The notes beneath the pieces are model-generated. The model was not told where the DNA came from, did no database searches, and was given only the letters and a program-made list of their open reading frames with translations. DNA of 64,000 bases from Calditrichia bacterium (GTDB lineage Bacteria > Calditrichota > Calditrichia > JAJRVZ01), in NCBI GenBank assembly GCA_963796965.1, contig CAWCNS010000006.1, forward strand, positions 256,001-320,000, in the 5' to 3' direction. This document shows, in pieces, positions 52,275 to 61,803 of the stretch. The position numbers and the translations under genes are program-made. Position 1 is the first letter of the stretch, and each line of letters begins with the position of its first letter.

Positions 52275-53027
52275 CTAGTCTGTCTTACGATAGGTCTCGA
52301 AAAGATCAAATAGAAATTCGGGATTTAGACTAGTAATTACATGGCCATCATTTGCCCATATTTTATAGCTGACAGTGACTCCCAGGGAATCTAATTCATG
52401 AGCGGTCTGTTCTGTACCGTTTACCCACTCCGATGCATCGTTTTCACCAACGTACATAGTTATAGACATATCAACCAATCTATCCAGATGTTTTTGATCG
52501 CTCTCCAATGGCAAACCAGGAAATACTGTCAAAGACTGAAATCTCTCGGGATATACAGTAGCAAGACGAAACCCGCTAATTCCACCACTGCTTATTCCTG
52601 CCAAATGAAATTTATCCCCTTCAATCTTTAAAGATTTTTCCACTTCATCCAAAAGAATTGGGATGTACACCTCAGATCCTTCATGAAATAGTTTGTCTTC
52701 TGGGGCAATCGGATTTATAACAATCCAGTTTTGCTGTATCGACTGGCGGATATAGTATAAATTTATTGCCCACTCCACTTCATTGATGGATTGACTGCCG
52801 GGCGGAAGCGCAAGAAGTGCCGGATAGGATAGCGTCGAATCATAACTCTCCGGAAAGAGTATCACATAATTTAGTCTCTCTGAGCTACTTAATTCTAAGG
52901 TTTGACGTTTTACATAGGGATTCCCATCTTCAGGGGGTGTAATCTCTGCTTCGCATCCTATTAATGTCATAATATAAATAATGACCAATAAATAAGTTGC
53001 AATGTATAAAACTATATTTTTTTTCAT
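52275..53027 (-). CDS. Lipoprotein alpha/beta hydrolase (esterase-like)
   Basis: Lipobox LIGC; nucleophile elbow GISSGG; VGEND; DGH. Confidence 0.8.
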   Translation of the reverse strand: MKKNIVLYIATYLLVIIYIMTLIGCEAEITPPEDGNPYVKRQTLELSSSERLNYVILFPESYDSTLSYPALLALPPGSQSINEVEWAINLYYIRQSIQQNWIVINPIAPEDKLFHEGSEVYIPILLDEVEKSLKIEGDKFHLAGISSGGISGFRLATVYPERFQSLTVFPGLPLESDQKHLDRLVDMSITMYVGENDASEWVNGTEQTAHELDSLGVTVSYKIWANDGHVITSLNPEFLFDLFETYRKTD

Positions 53028-53043
53028 CTTGATTTTTGCCTGT

Positions 53044-54033
53044 TTAGATCGGTAAATGGAAAGATGCGCCAAACATGATTGTCCAGCCACTTAAAGGCAG
53101 GGTTACATCATATTCTATTTCAGCCGGAACATTGATGATGAAGTCCTGGATGCTAAAGTACCCTGCTTTTATCGATGCAGACACCTGTTTTAAAAAGAAA
53201 AGTCTGGCACCAATCAACAGACGGAATCCAATATTAGGTGACAATCCACTCAAATCCAGTTCACGATAGCTATAGGTGTAAATTTTCCCACTTAGATTCA
53301 CCATTCCAGCATCACCTCCGATTGAAAAGTTTACACCCGGTAAAAAATCAAACGTGTGAAAATAATCCACCCCTAAGTGATAATATCCAAAATTCACCTC
53401 ACTTTGCAAATCATTTTCAGCTGTATTACTATATTGATTGACCATATAACCGCCATATATGGCGATATTTCTTACAAGAGTAAATCCTATCTGCCCCTGA
53501 GAAAATATTCCCAACAATGAATTGGCGGTAATAAAATCTTTCTGCCAGGTCTTTCCATCTGGATAAATCGCTCCTCCGGCAAGACTAAAAAATATCGTTT
53601 TATCCATCCTTGTATCCATAGAAGAGAGACTTTTTTCATTATTAAAAACATCTCCTGTCTGCGGCAATGATGTGATGATGAGACTATCATTCTCATTATA
53701 AAAATACCGCTTCAAATCCATTATTTTTATTGTTCTTGGACCATTCTCAGCAACAATATTTAGTTCCGTGACTGATCTTGTCAGGACTTTGCATTTAATT
53801 GTTTCGCCATTTAACAAATATACCATGTCAGCATAGCGGAATGTGATAGTCCTTACAAGTGAATGGGGAATCCTTGAAAAAATGGTATCTGATACTTGCA
53901 AATAAACCTGTTTATCGTCAGATTTTAGAATAGCCCCTTTATATTTTGTCCCATCCTTAACAATTACACAATCTGCAAAAGATAATAAGGGTAACAAAAG
54001 CAATAGAAAGATGACTACCGATCGATTTTTCAT
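53044..54033 (-). CDS. Outer-membrane protein with N-terminal beta-hairpin repeats and a C-terminal barrel
   Basis: Signal peptide; DCVIVKDGTKYKG and DMVYLLNGETIKC repeats; terminal strand FGASFHL. Confidence 0.65.
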   Translation of the reverse strand: MKNRSVVIFLLLLLPLLSFADCVIVKDGTKYKGAILKSDDKQVYLQVSDTIFSRIPHSLVRTITFRYADMVYLLNGETIKCKVLTRSVTELNIVAENGPRTIKIMDLKRYFYNENDSLIITSLPQTGDVFNNEKSLSSMDTRMDKTIFFSLAGGAIYPDGKTWQKDFITANSLLGIFSQGQIGFTLVRNIAIYGGYMVNQYSNTAENDLQSEVNFGYYHLGVDYFHTFDFLPGVNFSIGGDAGMVNLSGKIYTYSYRELDLSGLSPNIGFRLLIGARLFFLKQVSASIKAGYFSIQDFIINVPAEIEYDVTLPLSGWTIMFGASFHLPI

Positions 54034-55229
54034 TAAGTCCTTCCGGGATAGACCCTTAGGCCTTCATCTAAAATATGCATTGCTTTTTTTATATCCTCTA
54101 CATTTAAGACATAGGCAATCCGTACCTCATCTTGCCCTAAACCCGGAGATGAATAAAAGCCATTTGCAGGCGCTACCATCACTGTTTCTTCGTTAATTTG
54201 GAAATCTGTTAACAGCCATTGTGCAAATTTATCAGCATCATCAACCGGGAGTTTGGCAACAAGATAGAACGCCCCTTTAGGATTAGGTGCCACAACGCCG
54301 GGCATATTATTTAAAGCGGCCACCATCACATTCCGGCGTTCCGTGTATTCATCCATTACTTCCTGAAAATATGAATCCGGTGTATTTATCCCCGCCTCTG
54401 CCCCTAATTGCTCGAGAGTGGGGGGACATAACCTGGCCATACCGAACTTTAATGCCGTATTGGTGATATCATGGTTTTTAGAGATCACACATCCGATCCT
54501 GGCTCCACAAGCAGAATATCGTTTTGAAATACTGTCCAGCAATATGGCCCGATCATCGATGCCTTGTAAATGCATAACACTGGTATGATCCAAACCATCG
54601 TAACAGAATTCCCTGTAAACCTCATCAGCCAAAAGAAACAAATCATATTCGAGGACGATTTCGCGCAAGGCTTCCAACTCCTCACGTGAATAGACATATC
54701 CCGTTGGATTGTTCGGATTACAGATAAGAATCGCCCGTGTTTTTTTGTTAATCTTACTTCGAAGAGAATCAATGGGGGGTAGTTGAAAATCATCTTCGAT
54801 AGTAGACGTGATTGGGACTATTTTTGCAGCAGCCTCCATAGCAAAACCATTATAATTTGTATAGAAAGGTTCCGGAACAATTACCTCATCCCCGGGATCT
54901 GTGATGGCCATTAAAGCAAAAATTATCGCTTCACTTCCTCCTGTAGTAACGATAATATCATCTAAGTCCAGTGAAATATCAAATCGCTTGTAATAATCTA
55001 TCAATTTTTTTCTGTAGGATGTTATTCCTGCCGAGGGGCCATATTCCAGCACGGTTCGCCCATGTTTTTCGATAGCATTCCAGTATGTATCTGGTGTATG
55101 GATATCTGGTTGGCCTATATTAAGATGATAAACATGACGTCCTTTTTCTTTTGCCTGATCTGCAAAAGGAACTAACTTTCGAATGGGAGAGGAGGGCATT
55201 GCATTACCACGTGTCGATAATTTGGGCAT
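54033..55229 (-). CDS. PLP-dependent aminotransferase class I/II (aspartate aminotransferase-like)
   Basis: LNIGQPD, CNPNNPTG, ADEVY, DSISKRYSACGARIG. Confidence 0.95.
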   Translation of the reverse strand: MPKLSTRGNAMPSSPIRKLVPFADQAKEKGRHVYHLNIGQPDIHTPDTYWNAIEKHGRTVLEYGPSAGITSYRKKLIDYYKRFDISLDLDDIIVTTGGSEAIIFALMAITDPGDEVIVPEPFYTNYNGFAMEAAAKIVPITSTIEDDFQLPPIDSLRSKINKKTRAILICNPNNPTGYVYSREELEALREIVLEYDLFLLADEVYREFCYDGLDHTSVMHLQGIDDRAILLDSISKRYSACGARIGCVISKNHDITNTALKFGMARLCPPTLEQLGAEAGINTPDSYFQEVMDEYTERRNVMVAALNNMPGVVAPNPKGAFYLVAKLPVDDADKFAQWLLTDFQINEETVMVAPANGFYSSPGLGQDEVRIAYVLNVEDIKKAMHILDEGLRVYPGRT

Positions 55230-55383
55230 TTATTTACCTTTTCTTTATTACTTGATTAAATATGTACTGTTTATAATACAAAAAATGAATAGAAATATCC
55301 AATATCCACCAGAGGAATTCCCAACCGATGAATTGGTTCAAGGTGGATATATTCACAATTTGGCGTTTTCCTCCAATACCAAA

Positions 55384-56028
55384 TTACTCATTACACTTTT
55401 CTTTTCTATAGTATTCACAAAATGCGTATAGAAAACAGTCTTCGCATAAAGGATTCCGCGCCCGGCATATTTTGCGGCCATGCCAAATTAACCAATGGTG
55501 TGCATCTGACCAATTTTTTTGAGGAATATTGCTCATTAAATCTTTTTCTGTCTGCAGGACATCTTTGGCGTTAGCTAATCCAATACGGTTTGAAACACGG
55601 AACACGTGGGTATCAACCGCAATAGCCTGAAAGTCAGTGGCAATGCTCAGAACAACATTGGCTGTTTTTCTACCCACTCCCGGTAATTCCATAAGATCTT
55701 CCCGGGTTTCCGGGACTACTCCATCATACTTATCTACCAATAGTCTGCAAGTCGCCAGTACATTTTTTGCTTTTGACTTATACAAACCAACTGTCTTGAT
55801 CTTCTCCTCCATTTCCTCCAGGGAAAGAGAAAGAAAGCTTTTAGCATCCGGATAATCGGGAAAAATATCTTTTGTTACAATATTAACCCGCTTATCTGTA
55901 CTCTGGGCCGCTAACATGGTGGATATGAGAAGCTGGAAAGGTGTACCAAAATTTAGAGCCGTTGTAGTATCGGAATAATTGGATTTTAATAGTTCTAGTA
56001 CTTTTGATATTGATGATTTTTTGAGCAT
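55384..56028 (-). CDS. nth: Endonuclease III
   Basis: LAAQSTD, HhH LPGVGRKTANV, AVDTHVFRV, CxxxxxxCxxCxxxxxC. Confidence 0.97.
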   Translation of the reverse strand: MLKKSSISKVLELLKSNYSDTTTALNFGTPFQLLISTMLAAQSTDKRVNIVTKDIFPDYPDAKSFLSLSLEEMEEKIKTVGLYKSKAKNVLATCRLLVDKYDGVVPETREDLMELPGVGRKTANVVLSIATDFQAIAVDTHVFRVSNRIGLANAKDVLQTEKDLMSNIPQKNWSDAHHWLIWHGRKICRARNPLCEDCFLYAFCEYYRKEKCNE

Positions 56029-56160
56029 ATGTGTTTTTATTTATTAGGAATTTTCCACATCGTTTGTTTAATTCAATTCTGGCGCTGTGGCTAATTACGA
56101 TTGTGTGAAGGAAAAAATGAATCAATCTCTGATATATCGACGCGATTAAAAATCCATCGT

Positions 56161-56266
56161 TATATTCTCTCTTGGACATTCTCTGCTGGATATTGGACAC
56201 TTTGATATAGCACCTATCATTAAATGCACAATATCCAACAGCTAAGTCTCAATATTCAAGTATTTA
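56161..56266. repeat. Inverted pair of period-7 microrepeat arrays forming a long hairpin
   Basis: tattctc tcttgga cattctc tgctgga tattgga ... tgcacaa tatccaa cagctaa gtctcaa tattcaa; core TGGATATTG/CAATATCCA. Confidence 0.55.
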
Positions 56267-56275
56267 AAAAAATAA

Positions 56276-56299
56276 TAAAGCCCTCATCGGAGGGCTTTA
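56276..56299 (-). terminator. Terminator after the TonB-dependent receptor
   Basis: TAAAGCCCTC-atcg-GAGGGCTTTA followed by a T-rich tail on the minus strand. Confidence 0.8.
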
Positions 56300-56321
56300 T
56301 AAGTTACCATTCTGATCATTA

Positions 56322-59099
56322 TCAGTAAGTAAATGATAAACCGAAATTACTGAATGCTGGTAATCCGAAAAAGACTTCGGCATCATCAGCATCATGATCA
56401 TAATCCCAGGCATTATATTGACTATTATCTGTTGCATCCTGGATCCATACTGTATTAAATACATTAAAGAAATGAGCAAAGAATTGTACATTAATTCCAT
56501 TCCATGATCCCGGAAGATTATAAGCCATATGCAGATCGAAGATATTTGCAGAAGGAATTAGCCAGCTTTGCGTCCTGTCGCCTTTAACATTTCTTGTAAA
56601 TGCATCAAAATTCGCATAATGATCATTATAATTTTTGTAAATCAGAGTAGCGCTTAAACCAGTAATGGGAAAAATCGTTGTTCCCAGTGAAAATTGTGTT
56701 TGCGGTGCGTCACCGACTTTAAGATCTTTAATATAAAAGTTGTAGTTTACATCATCTGTCGTAACCGATAACACGTGTAAAACCACTTACATCTTTTGTA
56801 TATTTCCAGTCACCGGCAGAAAAAGCATAATTAAAGCGAAAAATTCGGATGGTTGCCAATATCCTTCAAATTCAATACCCATATGTCTGGCATCAACCCC
56901 CTTCATATAAACCAGAACTTCTTCACCCTCTAAATCATATTCATCATCTTTAAATGTTCTGTTGTACCAGCTGGTATGATATCCATTTATATTTAAACCA
57001 AATGTACGATCTTTGGAAATATAACCCAATCCGAGCTCAATGCCAACGAATTCCTCATTTTCGAGCATCATCATTTACAATACCAGAAACATCATCAATA
57101 ACATCATCAAAAATTGGTACTTTCGATACATATCCAAGATTTCCATACATGTTGACATTATCTGAAAAACGATAACTGGCACCACCTTTAATTTGGTAAC
57201 CGTTAAACCATTCAGTCTCAGTGGAAAGCTCACCACTGCTAAGATCTGGTCTTCCATCAGCGAGGGAATCAGCAGCTCTGAAATGGTTCGTATAGTTATA
57301 CTTAATCGTAGACCAACCCACCATTCCAAAAGCAGTTACTGGACCTTCCGTATATTCAGCCTGACCATAAAAGCCAAGCCAATCAACAGTATTTGTGAAG
57401 TTATAAGCAACTTTGTCGCCTAGTTTCCTTTTCATTTGAGATTCTGACCAGAAATCACTGGTATCTTCTTCAACAGCTCGTGGATCAAAATAGGTGCCGC
57501 CAAGCAAGATCCCTAACTTCTCGAAAATGTTCAATTTTTGCTGTTCTTCCGTCTATACCAAATGAAGTTTGAAGATTGTCCGTGGTTTTCCAGAAGGTTT
57601 TTGCAATTACACCATATGTATTCTGGTCATTACCGGCTATTGCGAAGAATGCCGAGAGATTGGCCTTTTTCTTTAGTGTAGTATCTTTTATCAATCCAGG
57701 CATTTGTTGAATCACGATTAATGGCTATTGTAGCATCCCAGTCCCATGTCCAGGGGGAACCAAAATAATAGTACTTTCCGGTCTTCCTGATCATATGGCC
57801 CTTCACAGGATTGATGAACCAAATCCCCAAGTTCACCACTTCCACCACCCTGACCACCAGACCAGTAAGCAATCGTATAGAGGCTGATTTTGTCAGATAA
57901 TTGTGAAAACCAGTTCAAATTAACCAACGGTTTATGGTAGTAATTCTCTCTATGCATAATAGAATGAGGGATCATACCGATCGTCTGTCTGCTCGTTCCA
58001 ATACTGTTTATCCGTATAGGAAGGATCGACAGGAGCCCAGTTCTGATTGAAATTTCTTCCAACCATATTAAATTTTTCTAATGCTTCTCTGTCATAGCCA
58101 CCCTGACTTAAAGCAAAGTTTGTACTGTAAACGCCAATATTTTGCATATAAAGATTTTGTCCATGACGTTGAGGCGCACCAAGGGCAAAAAGCTGTAACG
58201 TGTTGTTATCATTAATGTTATAAGATGCACCAAGATAATAAGCCCAGGCATCGGTCCAGGTTTTATCGACAATACCTCTTCCCGTTTTTCGGATAATCGA
58301 ACCACTGACCGCGAATTTATCATTGATTAATCCTGAATGGCCAGTAGAAAGTCGTCTTTTGAAATCCCGCTGATCCATACTCCTGCTTGAAAAGTAATCC
58401 CGCATCATGTGCTGCAGGATCAGTAACAATATTCATTGTACCGCCAATTGAGGGCGTTGCCAGGTTTACAGCGCTAAGACCACGTTGAACCTGGATCGAA
58501 GAAGTCGCATCTGCGACACCATCCCAGTTTGACCAATAGAGCCAACCGTTTTCCATGTCGTTAACCGGCATACCGTTGATCATAATAGCCACATTGCGTT
58601 GGTTAAAACCGCGAATATTCATACGTGCATCACCAGCACCACCTCCTGCCACAGTTGCATAAACACTAGGTGTCGTATTTAAAACCATTGGAATATCCTG
58701 TGATCCCAGCGTGAGCTGCATACGCTCTTTTGTGACATTAGAAAAGGCAACCGGCGTCTCACGCTCTTTTGCCCGGTCAGCAACAACATTAATAGTTTTG
58801 GCAAATAAATATTCAACTAACTCAAAGTCATAAGTCACGGTTCCGGAAACTGTTATGCTCGTTGCTTGTTCTGCAAATCCGACATACTCACATTTTAATA
58901 CATAAACACCATCTTTTACATCAAATGAATAAACACCACCTTCATCGGTGGCTGCACCAATTGGCCATCCTTGCAAATACACATTTGCACCAGCTAAAGG
59001 ATCTCCTGTTGCCTTACTTGTTACCTTACCAGAGATGGTCCCGGCAAAAGAAGCAGAAACAAGCAATAAACTTAATAAAATTAGTAAAATGGGTCTCAA
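56322..59099 (-). CDS. TonB-dependent receptor with N-terminal carboxypeptidase-regulatory-like domain, in about 7 frameshifted pieces
   Basis: GKVTSKATGDPLAGANV; plug LNTTPSVY, NIRGFNQRN, IQVQRG, IGGTMNI; barrel strands; terminal FGLSFTY. Confidence 0.88.
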
Positions 59100-59290
59100 A
59101 ACAATTCCTCCTTCTATAATAGGTTTTGTGAATAGACGTATGTAAAAATCACGTAAATTTATAATTCATTAGTTAATAAAAAATTTAATCTGTTTGTGGA
59201 TTATATTAGATGGCGAGGTGTTTTTCATCCAATCCCCTTGTGCTGTTATGCCCCCCAAAAGGCATGCGACAAATGTCACTTTAACGTTCA

Positions 59291-59319
59291 AATCTAATAG
59301 TATTCCCTTTGATTGTCAA
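59291..59319 (-). promoter_or_regulatory. Sigma70 promoter of the TonB receptor, giving a leader of about 185 nt
   Basis: TTGACA-N17-TAGATT. Confidence 0.65.
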
Positions 59320-59566
59320 CAGCCCAAAGAGGGCAAAATTTAGAGTAATTTTGAGATTTTTCTATGAAAATGATGCTAAGTTTATTAGGAACTGAAACTT
59401 AAAAATCTTGATCAAATCAAAAAAAAATATACTTTTTTTTTCTCCTGAAAATTTGTCTGTTTTAAATTGCGAAAACCAAAAAAATATCTAAATTTGACAC
59501 GTCCTATTAAACCCGTATTTTATCACTATTGGGAAGAAGAGATAAAGATATGGGATCCGGTGTATA

Positions 59567-59626
59567 CATTTGAAATTTAGGATTTGGTTATTGGCAATTA
59601 TTTAGAGTTTAGAAATTAGGATATAA
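59567..59626. repeat. Period-7 degenerate microrepeat upstream of tex
   Basis: catttga aatttag gatttgg ttattgg ... tatttag agtttag aaattag. Confidence 0.55.
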
Positions 59627-59629
59627 TAT

Positions 59630-61795
59630 ATGATGTCAGAAGAACAGTTATTTGAAATTATTGCAAAGGAATTGCAACTGAACCTTATACAGGTTCGGAA
59701 TACAATAGAGATGCTGGATGATGATAATACCGTTCCCTTTATTTCGCGCTATAGGAAAGAAAGAACCGGTAGTTTGGATGAAGATCAGATAAGAGATATT
59801 GAGGACAGAATTAAATATTTACGTGCCCTTGTATCACGGAAAGATACGATTCTCCGTTCCATTGAAGAACAGGGTAAGTTGACCCCGGAACTACAAAAGA
59901 AAATTGAATCAACGATGAAGTTGCCGGAACTGGAGGACCTGTATCTACCCTATCGACCGAAGAAAAAAACGCGGGCGACAGTTGCCAAAGAAAAAGGACT
60001 TGAGCCGATGGCACAAATAATTCTCGCCCAGGAAATAGTTGAGGGCGATCCGCTTGAAATATGCAAGGAATATCTAAATCCGGACAAGGATCTTTCCAAA
60101 CCTGAAGAAGTGCTGGATGGTGCTAAAGATATTGTAGCTGAAATCATGTCCGAAAATGCGGATCTTCGCAAAAAAATTCGAGAATTCATGAATAAAAGTG
60201 GTATGGTTTGCACATCAGCAAAGACTAAAAGTGAAAATCGCGATTATGAAATGTATGCCGACTATAGTGAACCGGTTACCCAGATCCCCCCACATCGAAT
60301 TTTGGCAATAAACCGCGGGGAAAAAGAAAAGGCTCTTTCTGTAACCATTGACATCGATTTGGATAAGATAATGGCACCCTTACAGAATTATTATATTAAT
60401 AATAATAAATCGATATTCTATGATATATTATTAGACATCGTCAAAGATGCCTATACCCGATTAATTGCCCCGGCTGTACAGAGGGAAATCAGAGCCGATT
60501 TAACAGAAAAATCTGAAAAACATGCCATTGGAGTTTTTGCAATAAACTTGAAAAATTTACTCCTTCAACCCCCTCTAAAAAATCAAAAGATTATGGGTAT
60601 AGATCCCGGTTTCCGAACGGGCTGCAAAGTGGCAATTATTGATGAGACAGGAAAATATCTGGTTGGTGAAACAATTTATCCTCATCCCCCACAAAAAAAA
60701 TACTTTGAAGCGAAATCACTTCTGCGGGAATTAATCGATAAATATAAAATTGATATCATCGCTATCGGAAATGGTACAGCAAGCCGAGAAACAGAATCAA
60801 TGGTAGCCGATCTTATAAAAGAGATCAAAGAGGAGCGTGAGGTCTTCTATGTAATCGTAAGCGAGGCAGGTGCTTCGGTCTATTCTGCTTCCAAAATTGC
60901 TAAAGAGGAATTCCCTGATCTGGAAGCAAGTTTACGCGGAAACATATCCATCGCCCGACGCCTGCAGGATCCACTTGCCGAATTGGTTAAAATTGACCCA
61001 AAAAGCATAGGTGTCGGACTTTATCAACATGATGTTAATCAGAAGCAGTTGGCAGAAAAATTAGACGAGGTCATAGAATCATGTGTCAACTTGGTTGGTG
61101 TTGATCTTAACACCGCTTCAAAAGCATTACTTGTTCATATTTCAGGTTTGAATAAAAAAACGGCTGAAAGAATAGTTACCTACCGCGAAAAATCGGGTCG
61201 GTTTAAAAACCGGGAAGAATTAAAGAAAATTGAGGGGATTGGTGACGCCGCTTTTGAACAATCTTCCGGATTCTTACGCATCACCGATGGAGACAACCCA
61301 CTTGATGCCACATCCATACATCCGGAGTCATATGAAGCAACAAAAAGGCTGATGCATAAATTTTCAATTTCTGATCCCATATCCGAAGGACGTCAGTTAA
61401 AGACACAGTTAAAGAGTGACGATCTTTCCTTACAAACTATTGCAGAAGAGATTGGTGTCGGTTTGCCGACCCTTGAAGATATTCTTGATGATCTTGAAAA
61501 GCCAGGCCAAGATCCCCGTGATGAGATGACCAAACCAGTGTTTCGAAGCGACGTTCTTAAAATGGAAGATCTGAAGGAGGAGATGATCTTAAAAGGAACG
61601 GTACGGAATGTTGTTGACTTTGGAGCCTTCGTCGATATTGGAGTAAAACAAGATGGGCTTGTCCATGTGAGTCAAATGAATAAAGGATATGTCAAATCAC
61701 CCTATGAAATTTTACAGGTAGGGGATGTCATTGAAGTAAGGGTTATCTCAATAGATATTGAGCGGGGTCGTGTTGCCTTGTCTATGAAATTGTAG
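59630..61795 (+). CDS. tex: Transcription accessory protein Tex (YhgF)
   Basis: TVPFISRYRKERTGSLDE, IDPGFRTGCK, IGNGTASRE, SIARRLQDPLAELVK, C-terminal S1 domain. Confidence 0.96.
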   Translation: MMSEEQLFEIIAKELQLNLIQVRNTIEMLDDDNTVPFISRYRKERTGSLDEDQIRDIEDRIKYLRALVSRKDTILRSIEEQGKLTPELQKKIESTMKLPELEDLYLPYRPKKKTRATVAKEKGLEPMAQIILAQEIVEGDPLEICKEYLNPDKDLSKPEEVLDGAKDIVAEIMSENADLRKKIREFMNKSGMVCTSAKTKSENRDYEMYADYSEPVTQIPPHRILAINRGEKEKALSVTIDIDLDKIMAPLQNYYINNNKSIFYDILLDIVKDAYTRLIAPAVQREIRADLTEKSEKHAIGVFAINLKNLLLQPPLKNQKIMGIDPGFRTGCKVAIIDETGKYLVGETIYPHPPQKKYFEAKSLLRELIDKYKIDIIAIGNGTASRETESMVADLIKEIKEEREVFYVIVSEAGASVYSASKIAKEEFPDLEASLRGNISIARRLQDPLAELVKIDPKSIGVGLYQHDVNQKQLAEKLDEVIESCVNLVGVDLNTASKALLVHISGLNKKTAERIVTYREKSGRFKNREELKKIEGIGDAAFEQSSGFLRITDGDNPLDATSIHPESYEATKRLMHKFSISDPISEGRQLKTQLKSDDLSLQTIAEEIGVGLPTLEDILDDLEKPGQDPRDEMTKPVFRSDVLKMEDLKEEMILKGTVRNVVDFGAFVDIGVKQDGLVHVSQMNKGYVKSPYEILQVGDVIEVRVISIDIERGRVALSMKL

Positions 61796-61803
61796 GAGGT
61801 CTT

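Noticed and set aside
56322..59099. TonB receptor as a true pseudogene or phase-variable gene
   Set aside because: Promoter, SD, terminator and motifs are intact, and no long simple-sequence tract lies at the breaks; cannot be separated from the window-wide indel noise without reads
59100..59290. Cobalamin or TPP riboswitch before the TonB receptor
   Set aside because: No B12 box, GGGAA...GCCCCC core or TPP CTGAGA/ACCTGA motifs recognisable
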